64,000 nucleotides of DNA from the human T2T-CHM13v2.0 reference genome, Homo sapiens: assembly GCF_009914755.1 (NCBI RefSeq), contig NC_060932.1; one strand, written 5' to 3'. The stretch's first letter is position 1; the number at the start of each line of letters is the position of its first letter. Shown piece by piece: positions 47,373-64,000 of the stretch. A program made the translations under genes and the position numbers. The notes below the pieces were generated by a model. That model was not told where the DNA came from and did no database searches. It saw only the letters and a list, made by a program, of their open reading frames with translations.

Positions 47373-48734
47373 TCATATCTAAAAATACTTCACTGTTGAA
47401 ATAAGTACAATCAGTATATTTTCCATTAATCATTCAATATGATCATTTCAAATTAATTTAATTCTCAACTTATTTCAGTGCTTAATTAGCTTATATCAGT
47501 GTTTCTTAAAGTAAATTTTGTAGAGCACTAGTTCCCCACACAGTACTTTCCTATGCCGCATAAGAAATTACCACAATCTTAGCAGCTTAAAAACAACAAA
47601 CATTTACATTTCCACTTCCAGAATGGCCACACGAGGTGCTCCACAGTCTCCAGCAAAGCCAGCATAACTGGTGAAAAATATATTTCAAACCTCAGTATTT
47701 AAAGTCTCTGGAAATTGTCCTAAGAGTATATAGCAAATAAATAAACATTTATTCAAGAAAATGGAGTAAAATTTGGTAAGAACATTGAGAGTCCATGGCA
47801 TTTGAACCGTAACTCCTTCCTTACCCAGGGTTGACTGTGGCAGAAACTCCAGCCTAGGCAGGTAAAGCCAAGAACGCAAGGCTCCCTCTCCCGTCGGCTC
47901 CCACTTTCGGGTATGGTATGTTCCTGGGAGGGGCAGGCCACAGAATTTTTCATCAGCTGTGTGTTGTAAATTCCAGGGCTAAATTCCAGGTGAGTCCAGC
48001 CAAGAGGCTTGATGTTCTCTTCTTCCACCCAGCCCCCACTGGCAGGTGAAGGTTCTTCACCAGGCGCATCACACTGAGAACAGAGAGGCTGTGCTCATCC
48101 TTATTTGCAGGGTGGAGGCTCCACGCTCAGAGGGATGGATGATGCCATCCTTTACTATCACTAAGTGTGGAGTGGGGGATAACAAAACGGGTTAATGTGG
48201 GAGGTGAAAAGGTTTTACATTTCTGCTAAAAGGAGGTCAGTTCTAAATTACTTTTATTGCACACTGCTATAAGATCCATGAAGCTGACTTCTACAGTAAT
48301 GATTGCTTACACATGTTGAAAGCTTGGTGCAACAGATAGGGTGCTAGACTAGAGGTTGGATATCTTTTACCTTAATTTTGTCATTTACCAGCTGTGTGAC
48401 TTGAGACAATTTACCTAACCTCCGGTGGGTCATTTTTTTCATTACATAACGGGGATAATAATGACTGCCTTAATGATCTCACCGAACAAATATGCAAACC
48501 AAATCAGGTAACTTGTAAAGCTGTCTTAAATTGATTACCCTATATGAATGTAAGGGTTTATTTTTGTTGTTGATGATGACAATGTAGATGGTTAATCACT
48601 AATTAAAAATAATTGGCTTAAAGAAGCATAGTTATCCAATTAACTTATCCTTGATTGATTAAACAGGTTTAAACCCAGTTCTTGTGGTTGTTCATTACCA
48701 TGGACATAGAACGATCAGTTATATACTAGGATGG

Positions 48735-48921
48735 TTGTTCTTCACCTTCAGTGTGTTTCAGAATCACCTAAAGAGCTTGTTGAAATGCAGGCTTCAGGAA
48801 CCCCTCCCCAGAGTTTCTGATTCAGAAAGTCTGGATCGGGGTCTGAAATTGTGCATTTCTAACAAGTTCCCAGGAGACACTGATGCTGTTAGTCTAGAGA
48901 CCACAATTTGAGAACTACTGT
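48735..48921. mobile_element. MER5A DNA transposon
   Basis: CCCCAGAGTTTCTGATTCAG...GCATTTCTAACAAGTTCCCAGG...TTTGAGAACTACTG; partial copy at ~55095-55205. Confidence 0.75.
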
Positions 48922-50568
48922 CTTAGGTGGACAGGACATTTTCAGTCTTGTTACAAATTGCTATAAGGGCCCTGAAAAAAGATTCCAGGTAATATGAAAA
49001 CATTTTTTAAAAAAGGCACCTGCCCTAGCCTGGGAACTGCTAGAAATCTGCAAGAAGGAAGGAACATTGGAGCTGAAATCTGGCAGAAAAGTGGTAGTTA
49101 ATCAACATAGCAGGGTGGCAGAAGAGAAGAACTGCTAGACCAAAAGAAGAATGGGTCAAAGGCTCTGGGGCTGGACGGAGTGTGATGCTCAATGCTTCTG
49201 AGGAAATGGAAGGCCAGCATGCCAGGGTGAAGGTGAACACAGTGGAGGCACCGGTGAGGCCAGAGTGAGAAGGAGGAGACCAGCCCTAAAGACTCTGAAT
49301 TTCATCCTGAGAGCAATGGGAATTTGCTGAAAAGTTTTCAGCAAAAGAATGTAATGACCTAATTTGTGTTTTTAAAAGTCCTTTCTGGCTGCTACATGGA
49401 ACACTGGCTAAAAGTAGGCAAGGGTAGAAATGATGAGACTAGCTAGGAAGGTACAGAAGTCCAAGAGAGCTGGTATCAAGGGCTGGCTGACAAAGTCTAA
49501 GTGAGGTGGGGAGCTGCAAATGGGAAGAGTGAGGCACTCCCTGGAGTGGCGAGAGAGGGAGCTGCCACCTCCCAGCTGGGTGAGTTGCAACGTTCACTGA
49601 GCTGGAGGGTGGAGGACCACAGTGTGATGGTAGGGATGGGTGGAGGGACATCCTGATTTCACTGGGGACTTACTGTATTTTAATTTTTTAACTCACAGTA
49701 GAATTCAGGATTTTTTTTTTCTTTTTTTTTGAGGCAGACTCTTGCTCTGTCGCCCAGGCTGGAGTACAGTGGCTGATCTTGGCTCACTGCAACCTCTGCC
49801 TCCCAGGTGCAAAGAATTCTTTTGCCTCAGTGACCCAAACAGCTAGGAGTACAGGCATGAGCCTGCCCAGCTAATTTTTGTATTTTTAGTAGAGACGAGG
49901 TTTTTCCATGCTGGCCAGGCTGGTCTCGAACTCCTGACCTCAGGTGATCCACCCGCCTCGGCCTCCCAAAGTGCTGGGATTACAGGCATCAGCCACTGCG
50001 CCCGGCCAGAACTCAGAATTTTTTTTTTTTAATTTGGAGAATATACATTTCTAAGAATTTTGAACAATTGTGCATACATAATCACTACTGCTATTAGGAC
50101 ACATGATAATTTCATCTTCCAAAAACTTCCCCAGGTTGTCCTTGGTAGTCAAATCTTCTCCTTACTCCTAAAACCTGGCAACAGTGGTATCATCTTGGCC
50201 TCTATACTCTTACCTTTTCAAGAACGTCCCAATGTGGAATCATACAGTGGGTAATCCTTGGGGCCTGGCTTCTCTCACTTAGCACAGCATATTTGAGATT
50301 CATCTGTGCTCTTGCATGTGTCAATAGTTCATTTCTTTTCATTCCTAAGCAGTAGTGTGTCATTTGGGTGTACCCCTTTGTTTTGGCATTTATGAATAAC
50401 ACTGCTATAAAGTTTCATGGACAGGCTTTTATGTGAACAGAGATTTTCATTCCTCTAGGGTAAATGCCTAGAGTTGGGGTGCTGGCTCATATAAGCTTAT
50501 GTTTAACTATATTTCATATTTTATCTTATTTATTATTTATTTACTTTATATATTTTTTAATCTTTTAA

Positions 50569-50904
<336 letters not shown>

Positions 50905-51790
50905 TAGAGTGCGGTGGCGTAGTCATAGCTCACTGCAGCCTTGAACTCCTAGGCTCAAAGGATCTACCCAACTGAGCCTCCCAAGTAGTTGGAGTCCTGG
51001 GCGCATGCCACCATGCATGGCTAATTTTTATTCTTATTTTTTTGTAGAGGTAGGGTTTCACTCTGTTGCCCAGGCTGGTCTCAAACTCCTGGCTTCAAGT
51101 GATCCTTCTGCCTTGGCCTCCCAAAGTGCTGGGATTGCAGGTGTGAGCCACCTCACCTGGCCTTTTTATAAAAAACAGCTCAACTATTTTCCAAAATGGC
51201 TAAGCCATTTCACATTCCCCCCAGCAGAGTATGAGAGTTCCAGTTGCTGTGTACCTGCATCATAATTGGTATTGCCAGGTTTGGGTTTTGTGTGTGTGTG
51301 TGTGTGGAAATTTTGACCCTCCTCATGGGTGTGTAGTGGTGTGGTTTGACAGTGTGGAGTATCTTTTCATGCACTTATTTGATATACGTGTATCTTCTTT
51401 GCTGAACTGTCTTCTCAAATGTTTTGCCTAGTTTTTCATTGGGTTATTTCCTTATGAGTGAGCTGGCCAGATTGCATTTGAGAGGCCTTTGTGATATCTG
51501 GGTGATAATGGAGGCCCTTGGAGACACATGCTTGGATGTTCAGAGATGTCTCATCTGGAGATGCTCACTTGCAAGTCAGTGGCACATAGAGATGCATGAA
51601 ATAGTCCAAGGACTGCTTGTAGAACAGAGCTTTGAGGCATTCCAGCACTCAGTGGCCAGAGAGGAAGGTGAGCCTGCGAAGGATGCTGAGGACGGGCAGC
51701 AACAGAGGTCAGAGGGAAACCTTAAACATGTGGTTTCAGCAAAGCCACAGATGAGGCTTTGCTTCTTTTTTTGTTGTTGTTGTTTTTTGA

Positions 51791-51895
<105 letters not shown>

Positions 51896-51902
51896 TGAGT
51901 AG

Positions 51903-52118
<216 letters not shown>

Positions 52119-54015
52119 TGAATGCTGATCAGGTATGATAAAGGCTGCAAAAGATGTGTTTGGTGTACCAAGGAAGATGCCATTGGTAAGCCTAGGAAAG
52201 TTTCAGTGGCCCTAAATGGGGGGATGGATTGGACCATGCTGAGGAGGGAGTGGGAGTGAGGAAATGGAGTCAGCAGGTCAACTCTTTTTATTTTCTAATT
52301 TTAAAAATTAGTTTATTTTTTAGAGACAGGGTATTGCTCTATGGCCCATGCTGGAGGGCAGTGGTGTGATCATAGTTCACTGCAGCCTCAAACTCCTGGG
52401 CTCAAGTGATCCTCCCATCTCAGCCTCCTGAGTAGCTGAGACTGCAGGTGCGCTCCACCATGCCCAGCTAATTTTAAAAATATTTTTCGTAGAGACGAAA
52501 AATATTCGTCGCTGTGTTGCCCAGGCTCAAGTGATGCTCCTGTCTCAGCCTCCCAAAGTGCTGGGATTACAGGCCTGAGCCACAGTGCCCGATCCAGCTA
52601 ATCTCTTTTGAGATGTGGCTTTAAAGAGGAGATAGATAGATTAGTAAATGGAAGAGTAGGATCAAGGAATCGCATTCTTAGGCTTTGCTGAAATTTGAGA
52701 ATTTCTACATTAAGACATGACTCTTCATTTACTCATGAACTCAACATTTGAGGTCCTGCTATGTGCCAAGTACTACGCTCCTTGCTGAGGAAAGAAAGCT
52801 GAATACAATGGAGGCCCCAGATGACAGGCCACTAACTATGTAGATGGCAGCCCCGTCTATCAACTCGAGCAGAACAGACAGTTCTGTTTATGGCATTAAG
52901 ATACAAGAGTGTTCTTACTGGTAACATCTTTCCGTAGAAATTGTGAATTTTGTCTTAGGCTACATAGGTTTCAAGGTTATAAAATACCAGATCTGGGAGG
53001 GAACTGAGAGATCATCTCATTCAAAGGTAGGAATTTGAGTCCCAGAGAGGCTTAGCAGCTTGCCCAAGGACGCACATCTCCTAAGTGGCAGATTCAGGGA
53101 CAGAGCCCTTATCTTCTGCTTCCCAGTTCAGGGAATTTTCCACTACTCCATGCCAGATGATACACGTAAGTGTCACTTTCTGCATTTCTAAATTCATATA
53201 GCTTAACCATTCCTTTAAGTGGTAATGTTAATGAATTCCATGAGTTAGTGCTTATTTTCCACATTCTGCCAATTAGTTGTGGGTTGGGGGTGATCCATTC
53301 CAAGGCCCTGGATTATTAAGTGCAGTGTCAGCTGTTTTTTGAAGGTAATTCATTCCAAAGCTTGGACCAATTACACCTAGCAGAATTGAGAGTAGGTTGA
53401 ATTTGCCTCTAAATGTCTTTGAATTGAAAATCAATAGTCCTGTCTGCTCCCCCCATAGCATGGCTACAGGGAGCAACTGGGGCATGCGGGAGGTGGTGTC
53501 TCCACACACTGGGGAGGTGGGTATCCTGAGGGGGCGCAGGGGTCAGGCTCAAAGCAGTCCCCCTCTTACCTGGTGGATAACAGGCTGGAGCAGTCTATTT
53601 TGGGAGTTGGCCTTTTTGTGCTATTCCATCTAGAAACAATAGTAAGAAGAATTTATGATTATTTCTAACCTTCCCTCCCTCCATCATTCTCCCAGCCCTG
53701 AGCAATCTGGATTGGACTCCTACCATCTGGGAAATACCAATTTCACTTGGAAACCAGGAGCATCTCCTACCTCATCTAGAACTAGTTACCTCCCCAGCCA
53801 GCAGCATGTCAAGGAGAAACAGAAAAAGTATAGATTATCTATCGTGCAAAACAGCCATTTTCATGCCCACGGCTTCTGGTGATCAGATTAATCTTTGGTG
53901 GCCTCTGCCATCCAACCTAATCATTTGAGGAGGCAAAGGCTTGTCCTGCACCGATCTGTCTAGCAGTGTGGCTCTGGGCAAGTGATGGCATCATTAAATA
54001 TTACAGCTGGAAACT

Positions 54016-54880
<865 letters not shown>

Positions 54881-56496
54881 GAGAGGCTTTCCAAGCTCAC
54901 ATATTTAGATATTACCAACAAGGAAACCAGGCTTAGGGAAATGAAATATCTCATGTTCTATACATTTGTGGTGGTGCCTGCCTGCTCTCTCTGCTTTCAG
55001 TTTCTTCACCCGCAAAAAGGGAGATTGAGCACTTCTAATATCCTTTCCACCTCTCGCATTCAATGCCCTGAAAGTCCCTTTGAGCCTTGCTACTCAACAC
55101 ATGGGTGTGGACAGCAGCCTTGCAGCATCGCTGAGAGCTTATTAGGAATGCAGAATTTTGTGCCCCACCCCAGACCAGCTGAATGAGGATCTGCATTTCA
55201 ACAATGTGCATATAAGATTTAGAAGACTCATATAAGCACAACTCATATAAGTCGGCTTTAGAAATGCAGTTGCTCTTGGCCCTAAACATCCTGTATTTTT
55301 TTTCCCCTAAAGCTTACAGTTGTCTTTCTCTCATCAGCCTGCAGAGGTCAGGAGAGAGCCGATGGCGGTCTTAATGAAGAGGAAGGAGGGAAGGACGCAG
55401 CTTTTTTTACCCCCGGCTTAATTTACTCCGTATTCGGCTTAACTTACTGCCTATTCTACCCTCCGGTCTTCAAGTTCCCTTAAGCTCGTTGGCCTGTTAC
55501 CCAGTAAAACTACAAGGAAATGGTCTGTGTGGTGAATTTTGAAGCTGTCCACAGTACAGATACTCCAGTGTCTGCCCTTCCAGAAAAGAGCTGGACCTAA
55601 GGGGTCCTCCTGTCTCACGTGCAGACTCCCAGGGCGGGATTAAAAATGCAAAAATCCCATGTTTCCTTGCAAATCCATGTGAATCTGTGGCTGATATTAT
55701 TATACCACTCTATGTGATGTAATGAAGCATAATTTATTTTGGTTCTATAATGTATTTATTTATCAAGGCATTTGTATTCTATTTTATTGTTGATCAATTT
55801 CCTGTAATTTAAAATTCTAATGACCACCTCTCCAATAAACCAAAGGCCAATGTCTTCCATGTTGTTATACAAATGATATTCTTTGTATAATGCTTTAGAG
55901 TTTATAAAACACTATTTCACTTTTTAAAAAATCTTCATAACACAAGATACATTGAATACCTCCATTTATGATGATGATGATGCTGCAGCCCAAGGTTTAT
56001 CCAGTAGGTTGTAAAACTAAGACTTGAATCCAGGTCTCCTAATTCTATATTCCATAAATCTTTCTATTTTACTAAATGGCCTCCACTAATTATAATAAAG
56101 TTTCCACTCAATGAATGACATCAAGGTGTAGTTACCCACTGCTGAGATGTTTTATTTGGGGATTTAACATTTTTATCTGATATTTTTTCCAGCAGTGCAA
56201 TTTACCAGCAATAACTGATTAGATATTATAATTTCCAAAGAAGATTTCCCTCTGTCTGTGATTAGAAAGAGGCTACTGGGAAAAAATGAACTTTAAAAGT
56301 AATAATCCAAAATACCACAGGATAGGGACATTTCCCTAGAATACAAAGTCAACACTCCCTTCCCTCTGTCCATCCCTGTAATGCCTAGCCCCCATCCCAC
56401 CATATAAATTCTCTTTTCTGTCTCTCTAGTACAGAAAAGAGAGGATGTTTCTTTCTCCTTTTGGATCTTCCTTCTTTCTCAAACATTAAATACCTA

Positions 56497-56705
56497 GTGT
56501 CTCAGTTGTTTTGGGCTGCCATAACAAGCTACCAGAGACTGGGTGGTTTATCAACAATGGAAATTTATTTCTCACAGGTCTGGGGGCTGGGAAGTACAAG
56601 ATCAAGGTGCTGGCAGATTCATTGTCTGGTGAGGGCCACTTCCTGTCTCATAAATGGTGCTTGCTTACTGTGTCCTCACATGACAGAAGAGGGGAGGGCA
56701 ATCTC
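56497..56705. mobile_element. MaLR LTR fragment (MLT1/MST type)
   Basis: GGGCTGCCATAACAA..CCAGAGACTGGGTGG...AAGATCAAGGTGCTGGCAGATTC. Confidence 0.7.
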
Positions 56706-56754
56706 CTGGATCTCAAGATTTAGATGTTCTATTTATTGAATGTATGCTAGAGCT

Positions 56755-59450
<2,696 letters not shown>

Positions 59451-60250
59451 CTGTTGTAGTCGGGGGAGATGGTGGAGAGAAATAAATAACAAAGCTGCGG
59501 TCAGTCAGGACCGCCCCCCACCCCCAGCTCCAAAAAGCTACAGGTCGGGGGAAGGAGAGGCAAGGGGTTAAGGCAAGGTGTGCTCTCCAGAGGGCTAAAG
59601 AAGAGCTATTCTAAGAAGACAAGTGACTTACACCTTTGACATTTTATAGAAATGTTAGAATAACCGTTGGGCCAGGCACAGTGGCTCACTCCTGTAATCC
59701 CAGCACTTTGGAAGGCCGAGGTGGGCAGGTCACTTGAGGTCAGGAGTTCAAGACCAGTGTGGCCAACATGGCAAAACACTGGCTCCACTAACAATACAAA
59801 AATTAGCTGGGCATGGTGGCTCATGCCTATAATCCCAACTACCTGAGAGGCTGAGGCACATGAATTACTTGAACCCAGGAGGCAGAGGTTGCAGTGAGCC
59901 AAGTCATGCCACTGCACTCTAGCCTGGGCGACAGAGGGAGACCCTGTCTCAAAAAAACAAAAAAAAAAGGCCAGGCGCAGTGGCTCACACCTGTCATCCC
60001 AGCAGTTTGGGAGGCTGAGGCGGGCAGATCACCTGATGCCAGGAGTTCGAGACTAGCCTTGCCAACATGGTGAAACCCCATCTCTACTAAAAATACAAAA
60101 ATTAGCTGGGTGTGGTGGTGTGTGCCTGTAATCTCAACTGCTCGGGAGGCTAAGGCATGTGAATCGCTTGAATCCAGGAGGTAGAGGTTGCAGTGAGCTG
60201 AGATTCAGCCACTGCACTCCAGCCTGGACGACAGGGCAAGACTCTGTCTC

Positions 60251-60281
<31 letters not shown>

Positions 60282-61214
60282 CTATCATCACACAATGTCG
60301 CTGAAGAAACTCTAGGGTTCCTATGGGTGAGAAAGTGGTATCTCATTAGAGACGTGTCCAGGGCACAAGAGTGGGTGCATTTAACTATGACACATGTAAG
60401 CCCCAAATCAGGCACTCAAGATAAAGTCAGTCATCGTGTCTTTTAGATATTAAAGAGGGCAGAAAAAGATATCTGCCCTTTAGATATTAAAGAGGGCAGA
60501 AAAAGGTATTTCCATGGCTCTTCTCCATGGAACCTGTTTACAGAATGGGAACCACAAAGATTTGGGAGGGTGGGGGCACCACCAGGACTTTTAGAAGAGA
60601 AAGAAAAGGGTGCTTCCTTTGTGGATTTCCAGGAAGTCAACTTTTCTCTGTTGACTTAGCAAATTATCATGTAGCAATCTCAGCACATTATTCCCAGAGG
60701 TGCCACTTTAAGCATGTGACCAGGACCGTGCAGTGACCTGGGCCATCCCCACATACTGTTCAGGTCCTGTGCCTGGAATTCCTGCCTGTCCTTAGATGAT
60801 GGGGCCAGTGACTTCACAGACCCGCTACCTAACTCTGGACGATCTTCTTACATTGAACGGAACTCCGGAGGGAAGCACATCCCCAAGTGAGGACTCTGGA
60901 GATGTGAGGAGGAAATAGACAGGTGTTCTTTTCTCTATTGAATGCAAAAGCAGTTTTCTTGTAAGATGGGCCTTGGTGATTGTTCTGTTGCTTGGGACCC
61001 ACTTCCTTTGGTTACCAAATAAGGCTTGAGCCATCACATTCCTTCATGTTCTTGGTCAAGACAGTGTTATCATCCAGAAATATTAGGGTGGCTTTTCCTA
61101 TAAGCTGCCCACACTACCAATCCCCACTGAAAAATGATCACATCATCCAAATTCACCAGCCCTCCCCACACTCACCAGGTTTTCAGGAGAAGGAATGTGT
61201 GTAATGGAAAGCTT

Positions 61215-63262
61215 GTGACATGTTTTTTGCTTTATTGAAATTCTCTCTTACAAAAGGTCTGATGTATTTTAGGCCAGGCCTAATTTGCTTTGGTCCCTGA
61301 AATGCAGGCCCATGGTCATTTCCATGTCCTCTGAAGTAGGTATGTAAACTAGTAGACTTCCATTTTTAAGGTTCACACACTTTTTAACATTGTTTTTATT
61401 TGATGTAAAACAAGACTTATGTTGTCCCTAATGGAAAGACCAAGTAAGAGAGTTATGTGCGTCTTCATGGAAGGGATAACTGGATTCTTTGCCAGAACCG
61501 GGTTGGGAATTTAGTTTGTTCAATGTGGCATCTTTCACCTTTAGTTTTTTTTTTTTTTTTTTTTAACTTAAATGCAAACCTTGCAATGTGCTGAGCTATG
61601 TAGTAAAAAGTGCTATGTTTATATATGCATACATATATGGGCTCTGGCAAGGGATGCATGAGTACATGCGTGTTATGTAAACATAGCAATTGGTCAGAAA
61701 GAGAGTTTCTCATCATTAGGACATTTAAGGAGTGGCAAGCATATTGGAAGCAAGAATGACCTAGGGCCATATTGGCTTAGTTGTCAGCCAGGAGTGTTGC
61801 TGTTCCTACACCTGGAGGGGCCCAGGTCTCTCCCCAAGCAGGCCAGTGCTCACCTGATATGACAGGTGATCGTGTATCTGAGGCCTATGAGTTTGAGATT
61901 CCCCCAAGGTGAGGTGGGTCTGCACTCACTTGCTACCAGGTAGCTCCCCTAGTTCTTGAACACGTGTATGGCCCAGTTCTGCTCCTCATGTAAAAAGCAG
62001 AACACGATCTCCCTGTCTCTAGGAGGAGGGTGCAGATTGCAGATTTATGGAGGCCCAAGGCCCCTTATTCCTACTCCCCACCCCCAGAGGTTATAGGGAA
62101 TCTTCATTTCCTTCCCCCCTAAGGGTTCCATTAGGACTTGTGTTTTCCTGACCACAGATTCACACCTGAAGAGGCTTGGAAGATGCAAAATCATCACCTC
62201 CAAACAGCTGAGACACACATGACTTGGCTTTAACCGTGACTGCCCAATGCCAGAGCACTGGACTCAGGTTTAACATGGGCAGCCCCCATGTCACCCTCCA
62301 CATCAGCTCTCCTCCTACATTGATGGTCGGCCTGGAAGCCAGTCATGTTTGACCTTGCACTCACGCCCTGGAGGTTCTGAAGTAGGCAACTTTCTAGTTA
62401 CACAGGTCCTGCACCCAAGCTTTTAGCTCAGGCCAAGTAAAGACAATAAGTTCAGGTGGGCACACGGTCTCAGTCATTTTGTCTTCTTACTTGCAGTCTA
62501 GGTGAATGGACCAGTTAAGTGCTACCTGGAGGTAAGGCTGTATCCAGACTGACATGCCCTGGACCAATGCAGCTAAGTGGATACATGAATTTGGCACCCA
62601 AGATACTATTTAGCGTGCCATGGTAGTCATTCAATGTTAGTTTCATTCCCTTCTCCAAATCCAGCTGGATTCCTGCAGGTGACTTGCATTTCCCTCTTGC
62701 CCCTACAGCTGGCTTCTCCTCTATGTCACTTCCTCAAACTAGCAAATGGGGAGCAGAGGCAGAGTAAAGGGGGGAAATTCATCACTTGACGTTGCCTCTT
62801 GCTGGGGAGGAAGATGTAGAAACTCTTGGACTAATGGAGGTTTGGGAATTGTCTGAAGAGTAAATGATCTATACTACCAACCATCGCTGCTGCTGCACTT
62901 GTCTCTGACACATTCTCAGCATTCACCTGTAACTAAAAGGCCAAAGGGAACTGGGATATTGAGGCCTGGTGCATGGTGTTCAGAGGCTGGGCAAAGTGGT
63001 GATCCAGTTGATCAGGGCTCCTCATGCAGGAACCTGGTGGAAGAGAGAGACGGGCAGTAGGTCCCAGAGTTATACTTCGGAGCACATGTTCAAGAGGGAA
63101 ATGACGACCGGCCCCCACGGTCCTGGGATGCAGGTGTGAGGACTGAGAATGCTGGACGGGGTGTGGTCGAGGCATGGTCAGGGTGGCCCCGAGCTGTGCC
63201 CCACCCCAGGGATGCAGGAAGGGTGCTCTGTGCAGGACCCCGAACTTGGGCTCTGCCCACTT
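61215..63262 (-). other. SCARA5: SCARA5 3' UTR (about 2 kb; end approximate)
   Basis: Repeat-poor sequence after the stop; minus-strand AATAAA at 61395-61400 and 61231-61236. Confidence 0.7.
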
Positions 63263-63399
63263 TCAGTGTCTGTTGCATGTCACGCTGGCATCTTCGGCAT
63301 GTCCACAGTTTGTCACCCCCCATTTGGAGAAGCTGCAGCGGAAGATGGTTTCCTCTGTGCCCTTGCAGGCAACGTCATCCATCCAGATCCTCCCAGTGC
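63263..63399 (-). CDS. SCARA5: SCARA5 last coding exon (C-terminal half of the SRCR domain): [45 protein letters not shown]
   Basis: AG acceptor at 63401-63400 after a pyrimidine tract; typical SRCR pattern IWMDDVxC-G-E...C...WG..NC.H.EDA.V.C; TGA at 63265-63263. Confidence 0.93.
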
Positions 63400-64000
63400 C
63401 TGTGGAGACAGGGAAACACAGCTATAAGCGGATACACAGGAGGGCGAGAAGGAGAAGAGAGAGCATAACTGTGCCTGCCCTTGACTTGGCTCTGCTGTAC
63501 ACTCAAACCTAGGGGCTTCCAGCTACCCTCTCCACGCCCCCCGAAGACCTCATACTTATTTTCTGGGATTAGTTTCTTGAGGGCAGAATCACAATAATTG
63601 TTGGTGATGATGGTAGTAGCTACGAATATCAGCTATGTGTCAGAAGCCGGACAACCTCTCCTTTTTAGTGGCAGTGTCAGGACTGGCTATTAAAGTCTTA
63701 AACTCTGTCATTCACTCTTGAAGTACGTGGGTAAAATCCCTTTACAAAGAATGTCAAGGGAACATTTAAACCACTTCCCTGCTGTTTGGCTCTAACAGAT
63801 GAACTAAGTGGCTTGAACATATTTTTGTTACGTAGACATTTTCAGCCCCTGTTGTCACGGGATTGCCATGCAGTGAATCCGGGGATGGAGGAGGGAGGAG
63901 AGGCCCCTTCCGCCACCTCCTTGGATGTTGTTTCTTCTCCAGAGCCTCTTCCTGGCCTGGATAGCTGTAGCTCTTACACAATAAGCCCTTTGAGGCAGAG

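Overview
Human/primate genomic DNA, recognised as the PBK-SCARA5 interval (8p21 from prior knowledge; no coordinates were looked up). The minus strand carries the complete PBK/TOPK kinase gene: 7 coding exons rebuilt by hand give 969 nt = 322 aa ending in ETDV, plus a non-coding exon 1 in a CpG island with CHR/CDE, E2F, CCAAT, GC-box and CRE motifs. The last exon and 3' UTR of SCARA5 lie at the right end. Directly upstream of PBK, head-to-head, is a processed TAF9 pseudogene that also carries the AK6-shared exon. It is split by two independent MER41-family solo LTRs, one with three perfect STAT (GAS) sites. The rest is Alu/L1/L2/MIR/LTR/DNA-transposon sequence. The notable unexplained structure is a series of locally templated duplications and fold-backs, including a 100%-identical 113-bp inverted copy inside a (TA)n tract and a displaced copy of a SCARA5 poly(A) region. 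Repeat subfamilies and most repeat boundaries are by-eye estimates. Almost all ORFs in the supplied track are spurious.
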